A DNA stretch of 63,905 nucleotides, the filler included, from Lophium mytilinum (lineage: Eukaryota), in assembly GCA_010093605.1 (NCBI GenBank). It is 18 parts of 5 records of this genome, joined end to end, with 100 filler letters (N's around TTAATTAATTAA, not from the genome) between each part and the next. Parts side by side here need not be neighbours in the genome. Positions count along the whole stretch, not along the records: positions 53,518 to 54,685 come from MU004184.1; positions 54,786 to 56,252 come from MU004185.1; positions 56,353 to 58,504 come from MU004185.1; positions 58,605 to 60,288 come from MU004187.1; positions 60,389 to 63,905 come from MU004187.1; 13 more parts are not named here. One strand, written 5' to 3'. The position numbers and the translations under genes were made by a program. Positions 53,622 through 63,905 of the stretch are shown piece by piece. The notes beneath the pieces are model-generated. The model saw nothing but the letters and a program-made list of their open reading frames with translations, was not told the DNA's origin and did not search any database. Each line of letters starts with the position of its first letter. The stretch's first letter is position 1.

Positions 53622-56352
53622 TTTAGAATAATACTTTACTCTAACTCTAATAGTATACTTATTAAAAATAGTAGAACTAGTAATAGTTAAAATATATATA
53701 TCTAGGCTTTAAATATAATACTTACTTATATATATAATAGACTAGCTTTTCTATATATAGTAGATATAAAACTATTTCTAATTTATATTTTTTAACTATA
53801 TAAAGAAGTAAGAAAGTTTAAATTAATAGTAACTTAGTAAGAAAATAAAAATATTAATAGTAGTATTAAATAGTAATATATAAAAAACTATATAAGTATA
53901 TTCTTTAGCTATAGAAAGATAGAAAGAAAGGCCGGGCGTAGATATAGCTTACTAATAGTAGCTATTACTATAGAAGGCTAATAGTTATCTACTATTTATA
54001 CTAGTAACTAGCTTAATAGACTACTATAGAACTATAATAATAAAAAAAGTAATATACTTTAGTATTATAGATTTATAGTATATACTATATCTTATTTTTT
54101 TATTTCTTTATTCTATCTATATTTATAATTTAATCTTTTTCTTTTTCTTTCTCTATTCTATTCTATTTATATCTATAATTTAATATTTTTAGCTTTTTTT
54201 TCTTTTTACTTTATTTTATCTCTATACTACTATTTTTAACTTCTACTACCTTCTATATAATATATAGAAACCTTAAATTTAAATACTATTCTAAATACTT
54301 TAAATAACTTTCTATCTTTCTAGCCCTACTTTAATTACTAAATAAGTAGGTAGATAGAAAATATACTTTATAACTAGTACTAAATTAGCTTTTAATTTAA
54401 TATTATAGAAGTAAAGTTAGCTTTTTTATATACTAGTAATAAATATAGCTCTACTATATAATAATAGATAGGTAATATTATAAAAAAAGGCCTATACTTA
54501 TATGTATATTTAAACTTAAATAGCTAAATATATATCTATATATATAATAGGCTAATTTTCTTCTACTAGTATATATATAAACTTTATCTACTTTTATTTC
54601 TTAACTTTATAAAGGGGTAAGAGGGTTAAAACTAAAAAAAAAGTAATAAACTTAGTAGTTAATAAATAAATAGAGTAGAGACTTTNNNNNNNNNNNNNNN
54701 NNNNNNNNNNNNNNNNNNNNNNNNNNNNNTTAATTAATTAANNNNNNNNNNNNNNNNNNNNNNNNNNNNNNNNNNNNNNNNNNNNAATATAGTCTAGTTC
54801 TCTTAATAAACTCTAATATACTATTACTATATACTAGTCTACCTTATTCTTAATTAGAAACTTAAGATTATCTATAATATAGTAATATATAGTTTTACAT
54901 TCTATATTAAGACTAAATATTATATTTAACCTAGTAATAAGTATACTAAATTTAGAGGCTAGTATTACTAGCATACTCTTTAGTAGCATAAGTAGTGCAA
55001 GTTTATATACTAGTATAATATAGGCGGCCTTACTACCTAGCCGCTTTACTAATATTAACTTTATTTCTATATACGCTAAACTGCGGTAGCATTTAAAGTG
55101 CGGTAAAGTTCTATTTTATTTAGTAGGCGGAGTATCTATAGAATTAGAATAATAAGACGCGTTAATATAATCTTATCTTTTCTTATTATAGTTATATTAC
55201 TATATAAGTTTTAATATCTACTTATATTCTTCTTTAAGTAGAACGCGTAAAAGTATCTTAGAAAACTTCTTTATAATATCTATTATTATAGATTATACTA
55301 TCCCCCTAATTATCTTTAAGTAGAGGAATCCACCTAGCAGGTCTACTAATTTTATTTTAGTCTCTATTATAGTATATAGCGTGTTATATTTATAGGCGCT
55401 AATATTAAGGCTCTATATAAGCTTACTTCTAGAGTCTAGCTTAAGGTTATTAGGTATTAGGGACTAGCCTTATTTATCTAATAATATAATAGTTTAATAA
55501 TTCTTAAGATATAGAAGGGGTAGAAAAGGTAAAGTTAGAGTTAGTTTATATATATATTTAGATAATAGGGTGCTAAGACTAGACTCTTATCGCGTCTATA
55601 TAACTAAATTAGCTACTTTAGTAGTAACTATTTTATAGTAATTAATAGGATACCTATACTACCTCTTTTCTTAAGAAGAAACTAAAGCCCCTTTATATTA
55701 ATAGTAATCTAGTATTTATTAAGTTATTAGTATAAGATCTAGATAGTTTAGTATTAGGCTAAAAATTCTATATTTTATGCTACTGCCTAATATATTTATA
55801 TACTTAAGTGTTAGAGATAATTATAAATAATGCTCTATTATTAACTATTACTATATAACGGCCTGGTTTATTTATCTAAATATATACTTAGGCGGTGCTC
55901 CCTTTTTTATAATTATTAATATTATTATAGGGCGCTATTATAATACTTTAGGGCTTTAGCTAATTATATATAGTATAGGGATACTAATATTATAAGAGTA
56001 TAGGCCTACACGCCTATTTTAGAATACTCTTATTTAATTTATATAATAGCTAGAACTAGGGATATATACTTTCTTTAGTAACTTAGATATATTAAGAAGC
56101 GTAATAAATATAATAGTATTTTAGAGTATTTTTTAAATTAAGTAGAAAGGTTATAAATAGATAGCGTTTAAATTAGCTATAGAGTGGCATGTAAATATAT
56201 TATACTATTTTAAAACTAACCTAACTTATCTCTATATTTAATTAGCTATAGTNNNNNNNNNNNNNNNNNNNNNNNNNNNNNNNNNNNNNNNNNNNNTTAA
56301 TTAATTAANNNNNNNNNNNNNNNNNNNNNNNNNNNNNNNNNNNNNNNNNNNN

Positions 56353-58504
56353 ATTAGCTATAGTATTAGTAGTATATTAAAATATAGGTAGCTAGAAAGG
56401 GCTTAGCATTAGTAAGTATATACTTTTCTACCTATTTTCTTTTAGCTAGTATATATATATAGTACTAAATTATACTACTATAGGCCTATAGTGTACTCTA
56501 ATTTATAGGCTGCTCTATTTAAATCTCTTTATTAGGAATATAAGTAAGATTAGATATATACTATCTACTAATATTCTATAGTCTAGATTAAAAGGGTAGA
56601 ATAGAGAGTTCTTATAATCTTTCTATATCTTATAATATGCAAGAATATTACTAATAATATATGCAGGCCTATAGAGTATTAGCGCCGCTATATAAATATT
56701 TACCTATATAATACTATAGTTTATATTACTAATACTTAGGCCTTAAATTATATTTAAGGCTTATACTACTAATACCTAAGCCTTGCGGTAAGTATATAGT
56801 TAAGTAGATTATATTAATATTAAAAATAGGTAGTCTATAGTAGACCTACTATAGATATAGTATACTTATTAATGCAGCAATTATAGGTATATTATAGAAG
56901 TAGAAGTTAAAATAGTTTATTTTATAATATCTACTATAAAACTGTATACACTATATAATTAGTATATTTAGTAGTTACCTTAGTACTAATAGTTTTTTAG
57001 TTTTCCTTCTTTTTTAGTATACTTTATATAACCTTATATATAAACTTATTATTATTAACTATACGGGACTAAGCTAGTATATCCGCCGGGTTATTACTCT
57101 CTATATAGGTAAGAATAATACTATATATTTTATTAGACCTCTAGTTCTTCTACTATACTCTAGATATAATTTATATCTTAAGGCTAGATATAGTCTATAG
57201 CTCTATAACTATTATGCATATATATTAAAAAGTAAAGTTAGAGCCTTCTACTTCTCTAGTCTTCTAGTTTATAACTAGAATATTAATAGCCGCTAGATTA
57301 TCTTAATTACGCTTAAAGCCGGTATTAAATTACTTCTATTACTTAACTATTAGTAATAAATATAACTATATAAGCTTTTTAGTTAGTATAGTTTTTATAA
57401 TTATCTAGTATTAATTATATTAGTTTATTAGATAATAATTACTAATTATAGATAGAGATAGATAGTAACTTATAATATAGATAACTAAATTAACTATAGG
57501 CTCCTTGCTAATAATTAGTATCTTCTTCTTCTTAGCTTAAATATATTAAACTATGCTTCTAATCTTCTTTAGCTTCCCTAAATTAGCTAGTAGGTTAGTA
57601 TACTATTTAGTAAGGGTACTCTCTAAGTCTATATAATCTATCTAGCCCGCATTTTTAATATCTTCTAGAGTAAAGGTTAGGTTACTTATTAAGCTAAGCT
57701 CTTCCTATTATATCTTTAACTTAGCTAGCCTAGGAATTAATATAAAAATCCAGGGTAGCCTCCCCTTACCTAAGCCTATTAGAAAGGCGCCTAGGCTAAA
57801 GAAAGGCAGCGGCTTATTAATTACTACTCTATATCTTAGCTATTCTTTATACTCTTCTTTAAGATTTATATATCTCTCTCTAATAACTATATAGTACTTC
57901 TTAATAAAGGGTTTAAAGCAGTTAGGTATATTAACTATTACCTACTATATAATATAGAGTAGTATATCTTCTAAGAAAAAACTATTTAGGCTAAGGCTTA
58001 TTAGCGTTCTATAGATGCTTATAACTATAATTATATCTAATACTCTCTAGAGACGCCTAGATAATTTAGAATTATTCTATAGTTACTACTCTTTCTCTAT
58101 TTTTAAGATATAGTAGTAACCTCTAGCTTCTATAAGGTCTTCTTAATTAATACGCTAGAGGGTAGAGCCTTAATAAAGAATATTAAACTTATCCCCTTTA
58201 TCTATATTCTCTTTCTCTAACTCCTTATCTAGAAGAGTATTATCTAGATTATCTTTAATATTAGCGTTTAAATTAGTTAGATCTACTATTTAAGTTAGCG
58301 TCTATAAACCTCTATATAGTATAACTATTAGATATAATAGAGTTTTAGAGCTATAGAGAAAAGAAGTCCCGCTATAAAATAAGCCTCTAGGGTAGCTATA
58401 TAAATTAGCAGCCTTATTAAACCCTTTTAAGTTCTAGCCCTAATAAACCTAATTAAGTGTATAGTTAATATTTACCTATTTATATATAGTTAGGTAGAAT
58501 ATAT
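56353..58504 (-). mobile_element. Large element copy 4, SNF2 C-terminal part and downstream sequence
   Basis: 57032-58504 is the reverse complement of ~46436-47908. 56353-57031 extends past the end of copy 3. Confidence 0.85.
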
Positions 58505-58603
58505 NNNNNNNNNNNNNNNNNNNNNNNNNNNNNNNNNNNNNNNNNNNNTTAATTAATTAANNNNNNNNNNNNNNNNNNNNNNNNNNNNNNNNNNNNNNNN
58601 NNN

Positions 58604-60288
58604 NGGGAGTTAAAAGTAATTTAATAGCTAATATTCTATATAATAGCTTAGTACTTTTTCTTTTATATTGCGGCGTTGCTTTTCTTTAAAAGCTTATAGA
58701 GAGGTGCTAATATATAGGCGAAGTTCTTAATAAACTTTTAATAGTATATTACTAGTCTAATAAACTATTAGACCTTATAGATATTAGTAGAAATAGGCTA
58801 ATACTAAATAGCGTCTAGTTTATTAGTTATTAGTTTTATAGTTCTATAAGAAACTATATAGCTATAAAACTTAATAGTTTCTTAAGTAATTAAGTACTTA
58901 TTAGTTTTAGTAAATAGTTATTTCTTTTTAAGAGCTTTAAATAATAATTAGAGGTAGTTAAGATACTCTTCTAATATTTCTAAAAATACTATAATATTAT
59001 CTATATAGATAAGTATAAATTAATATAGATATAGTTGTAAGGTATTATTTATAATAGCTTAAAAGGTAGTAGAAGTATTATAAAGGCTAAAAGGTATAAC
59101 TAGAAATTTAAATTTTTCTTTAATTATATTAAAAGCAGTCTTATAGATATCTAATTAATAAACACGTAGCTAGTAATATCTAGAGGTTAAATTAATCTTA
59201 GTAAAGAATCTAGCCTTTTTAAATAACTATAGGTAGTTATTAATATATAGTAGGGGGTAGGTATTCTTCTAGGTTACTAGATTAAGTGCTCTATAGTTAA
59301 TATATATTTACTACTTACTATTTAGCTTTAGAATAAAAAGAACTAGAAATCTCTAGGTACTAATAGACTCTTAAATAAGACCCTATTCTAGCAGCTTATA
59401 AATCTATTAGGTCTATTTCTCTATTTAATAATATAAGAGGTAGTATATAGTATTATTTACTAGCTTTATATCTCTAGTATTAATTAAATAGTTATATCTA
59501 CGCTTAGGTAGTAGAACATTAGAAAGAATATTATAGAAATAAGGTCTATACTTTTTAAGAAGCTTTTAGAACTTCTCTTATATAGAAGTAGTAATATAAT
59601 TAATTAAAGGTAATAAATTCTTATCTTCTAATAGTAGATTAGTACTAGGTTATAGTACTTAATCTAGTATTAGCTTATTAGAAGCTTTTATAATATAAAG
59701 GTAAGTAGAATTAAGCTTATCTACTAAAAGCCTCTTATACTTCTAATAGAATATTATATTAATAAAACCCTAGTATTCTAGTTTAGAAAGACTAAAATCT
59801 ATAATAGAGCTTAATATATTAAGCTAATAAGCTACTAGTTTAATCTTTAGGTTGCGGCTAACCTGTATTTACAAGGTAATAGAATTAGTAAAGAAGTTAA
59901 TAATAGCTTAGTATTACTATAGCTAGGTTATACTAAGAATATATTAATACCCTTTAAGGTCTAGAATATATATAGTTAGAGTACCTAATAGTATATAGAT
60001 TTTAAATAGAATCTTTAAGGCTTTTATACTAATTATAGTTGCACCTAAGAAAAGTTTAACTACCTTAGAGGCTATTATTTTAATATTTCTTAGCTAATAT
60101 TAAGTATACTTTAATAATATATAGATAGAATTAGCGCTATAGTTAATTAAGAAGGTAGTTTTTTTCTAATAGTTAGATAGTTCTAAAGTTTTCTTATATT
60201 CTAAAAGATATTTACCTAGAAAGTTAAGATAGTAGATTCTTTCTTCTATTAATTTAATAATAATTTAGTTAGAAGAATTATTAAAGGG
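58604..60288 (-). pseudogene. Second Ty3/Gypsy family pol fragment (PR-RT)
   Basis: De-RIPed FLIDCGA at ~60140. KLLEQGLIQES.S.W.FPVLFVPKPNGKWRMCIDYRALN..T.KNAYPLPRIDD at 59400-59235. FTKIDLTSGYYQLRV follows. YxDD at ~59000. Confidence 0.92.
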
Positions 60289-60388
60289 NNNNNNNNNNNN
60301 NNNNNNNNNNNNNNNNNNNNNNNNNNNNNNNNTTAATTAATTAANNNNNNNNNNNNNNNNNNNNNNNNNNNNNNNNNNNNNNNNNNNN

Positions 60389-63300
60389 TATAAAAGTTCT
60401 ATTAATAGCTTCTAGAAACTTTATAAAGCTATAGTCTTCTAGCTCTAGATCTTTACTACTAGACCTTATAAAATAGAGAGTAAAAAGGCATCTAGTACTT
60501 TTCTACTATAGTAGCTAGTATATTATAGCAAGAACTATATATAATAGCTAGGGCTTAAATAGAGTATTTTAGGTAGTAATATCTAGAGATTTTATTAGAG
60601 AGCTAAGGCCTACTAATATAACTAACTTTATAGATAAGGCTAACTTAGACTACTTCTACTTTTTATTACTTTTAATAATACTACTCTATATCTTATATTT
60701 CTTATAGACTTTATACTAGATTAATATCTAATATACTTACTTTTACTTAGCTAATATAGAAAACTTCTTAAATATATAACTCTATATATCTATAAAAAGT
60801 ATATATATTTTAAATTAAGTATTTAAGTAGGCGTTATTCTTACTATAGTTATTTTAGCCTAGTTATAAGAGATATTTTACCTATAGGTATACTTTAGAGT
60901 TTTCTATTAGTATAAATAAGTTAGCTTCTATCTAGCACTATACCTTAAAAGCTAGACCTAAGCTAGCTATAATATTTATTTAACTTAAGTAGCCTTTAAA
61001 GTTCTTAGTAAAATTAAATACTACTTTACTCTATATAGATATATTATATAGTAGGTCTACTAGAAGTATTATAGCCTTCTTCTAAGTAGATTTAAAGTAT
61101 TAGTAGCTACTATAGAAAAGCTAGCGGCTATAGTAGTTATCTAGCTTATCTAGCTCTAAATTACTATTATAGTTTACTTAACTAGAGTCTATACTTAATA
61201 ACTATTTATTTAGGTTAAACTTCTTATTATTTTAATTATTAGGGAGGTATTATTAGTAACTAGTATATTAACCTAATTCTTTAGCTATATTAGGTAAATA
61301 AAATAAGAAGTTAGAGTATAAAAAAGGTAGATAGAAGGGGGTAGAATTAGTAGATAGAATAGCGTTGTGTAGTAATATAGGCAAGGGCGGGTAGAAGGCT
61401 AATAATATTAGATAAATAGTAATAGTAAGTAATAAGTAAGATAGTTACTTACTTATAAAGTTATAATAGTAGACGCTACTTATAGTATAATTAATCTTAA
61501 AATTACGCGCGTTAAAAAATAAGGTAACTATAGTAGAAGATATATAAATCCGCGCATACTAGTAATAGAAGTAGCTACTTTTAGTTATACTTTTAAATAG
61601 GTATAATATCTATTAAAGAAGTACTTATAGAGTAGTACTAGAAATATAGTAAGTATAGGTAAGCCTAAGGCGTAGAGAAGAAAGTTAGCGTATAAGAAAG
61701 AAAGGAGAAGAAGAAGAAAGAGAGAAAAGAGAGAGATAAAGGAGGAGGAGAATAAGAAAGAAAAGATAGATAAGAATAGTAGATAAGAATTAGAATTAAA
61801 AGGCTAGATAGAAGGTAAAGTTTAAAATAGCGCTTAATTAAGTATATAATTAGTAAATAGGCTATATTATAATATAATAGAAGTAAAGAGTTATTATTAT
61901 TATTATTAAATTCTATTACGCTAGTGTAGCTCCTGTTAGGGTCTATATAGCTGTTCTATCTAGGCTAATTTATAAGGGGAAACTATTTGCTGCCGGGCAG
62001 CGTTTAGGTAAAAACCTCGTCCTCTATTATATCTAGCATTAGGTGCCCTTCTTCTTTATATTTTACTATAGAGGATATATAGTAGGTCTATAAAAACTAC
62101 TATAGAATAAGCTATTAAGATGCGTCTTTCTATATCTATCTAGNNNNNNNNNNCTACCTAATAATTAGTAATAATTAGCCTCTACCTTAATATTTATCTA
62201 TACCTATTAGCTTTTAGTAATACTTAATAGATTAATAATAACTTCTATCTAATATTACCTTCTACTTACCTAGATTAGTTAATATAAAAAGAAAAGCTAA
62301 TTTCTATATATAGGTGCCCCCCTCTATTATTTAAGTTAGTATTATAAGCTCTACTAAATTAGTAGCTAATAGGTTAAGGTTCTTAGAATAGAAAGAGAAG
62401 TTAGCTATAGCTATCTAAAAAGGTACTATATTACTTATTATTACCTAAGCTACTATACGCCTTTTTACCTCTAATAGTAGCTTATTATCTACTAAAGTTA
62501 CGCCCTATAAGCTAGTAGATAGTAGTACTAATTTATATATCTTTTTACTATCTACTCTTTTTATAAGTATTACTAATTTAGCTTATACTATAGAATAGCT
62601 TACTTATCTACTTTCTTTCTTACTAAATAAGTACTTTTACTCTCTAGCCCCTCTACTAGCGCGCATACTGCCTCTATATAGAGAACGCCTACTTTAATCT
62701 ATCTAGAAAGACTAGTATTATCTACCTATATATTTATTATACTTCTTATCTACTTACTTACTTCTACCGGCGCTAGACTAACTATAGTCTATATTTAACT
62801 AGCCTATATATCTCTCTCTCTTATAGCTCTCTACTACTCTAGATAGTGCTTTCTAAAGGCTCTACTTAGTAGTTTCTACTCTCTTTCTATCTCTTATAGC
62901 TTGCGCTCTAATAACTAGGTTAGCGCGCTTCTTCTTATAGATTTAGCCTTTCTAGAAGTAGTAGAATTATATAGTTATATTTTATAGGCTATATTTCTAG
63001 AATATATATAGGTTAGTAATACTTAGATTTATCTATTATAGTATACTATAAGGCTAACTCTTAAGTATAGTTTAAAATTAGTAGAGGTAGGTTAGAAGTA
63101 GATAAAAAAGATAATAGGGCAATACTTAAATATTTAGGGGACTAATTAACTACTATATAGTACCTATATTCTACTAGATAATTTAGCTATTAAATGCGCG
63201 TTTAGATAAAAGCCTTTTAATGCAACTAATATCTTACTAGATATAATAGTACTTAGTTTTAATCTAATTATTAGCCTAATATTATACTAGCCTTAACTTT

Positions 63301-63905
63301 AACCCTTTAAAAGGTAGCTACTACTATAGTAACTTACGCCTTCTATAATAATAGCTAATATACTACTAGCATATATTAAACTAAAGCCCTAAACTCTTCT
63401 AATAATCTACTTACTATTAAATTATAGCCTCTTTTTTAACCCTAACTATTTTATTTAGAATATAAGTATATCTACCTATACTAATACTAACTAACTATTT
63501 AAATATATTAGGCCTAATAGTAATATATAGTCTAGAATAGTAAAGACTAATATACTTTAAATAGAGACTAAGTAGTAAGTCTAGCTTATATATAGTAGTA
63601 CCTAGACTTAATAGACTAATCTATATATAGAGAGGTTACTACTAAGCTCTTCTTTTAACTCTACTTTAAGGGCGCTAACTAATTCTTTAATCTTCTATAT
63701 AGTATACGCAAAATCTTAGTTATAAGAGATAAATTAAATAAACTATAGAAAGTAAAACTTAAAAAGATACTTACTACTTAAATAACTATAATATAGTCTA
63801 CTAATAGGTTTAAGTCTATAGTAACCTTTAAAGAGAAATATAGTAACCTCTAAAAGCGCTAGAAATATACTAAATACTAACTTAATTCTATAGTAAATAT
63901 TCTAA
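60389..63905 (-). mobile_element. Large element copy 4, central part
   Basis: Direct match to ~23420-26198, reverse complement of 41453-44440 and of ~5855-7845. Confidence 0.9.
61895..62143 (-). mobile_element. Insertion of a (TAA)n-tailed element into copy 4
   Basis: Interrupts the host at GAGTTAT|ATAGC (compare 24920-24950). Host sequence resumes after the gap at 62154. Confidence 0.7.

Larger units (their letters stand above)
1..63905. other. RIP-degenerated AT-rich transposon graveyard (fungal heterochromatin-like block)
   Basis: CA/TG dinucleotides are very rare and TA is ubiquitous. Homologous copies (e.g. 1-2410 vs 31450-33857, and the two LTRs) differ almost only by C/T and G/A transitions. 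Conserved Trp/Gln/Arg codons appear as TAG/TAA. Confidence 0.95.

Noticed and set aside
54786..56252. Possible ORF relic
   Set aside because: No recognisable motif and no second copy in the window, so it is left unassigned.
61956..62000. Possible hammerhead ribozyme (stem plus GAAA)
   Set aside because: A CUGANGA core cannot be restored by RIP reversal alone (the sequence reads CTAATTT), and stems II/III are not evident.
1..63905. Alternative genetic code or intact genes with TAA/TAG readthrough
   Set aside because: Transitions differ between copies and also hit non-stop codons (e.g. GAT>AAT in catalytic motifs), which RIP fully explains.

Overview
Eukaryotic (most likely filamentous ascomycete) AT-rich repeat block from a gapped draft assembly. 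It shows a heavy repeat-induced point mutation (RIP) signature: CpA/TpG nearly absent, TpA dominant, and copy-to-copy differences almost all C>T/G>A. I found no intact gene. All protein calls below come from manually reversing RIP transitions on recognisable motifs. More than half of the window is four collinear partial copies (+,-,+,-) of one very large (at least ~17 kb, probably ~20 kb) multi-gene element. It carries a Plavaka-type (CACTA-related) transposase, an intron-containing SNF2-like DExH helicase gene with a long K/E coiled-coil, and several unidentified ORF relics. The window also holds a full-length chromodomain Ty3/Gypsy LTR retrotransposon inserted into a Tc1/IS630 DD34E transposase, a second Gypsy PR-RT fragment, a (TAA)n-tailed element with a 29-bp flip-flop inversion between copies, and an unidentified multi-ORF block with a recurring ~26-bp motif. 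Boundaries are approximate, and contig order across N spacers is uncertain.
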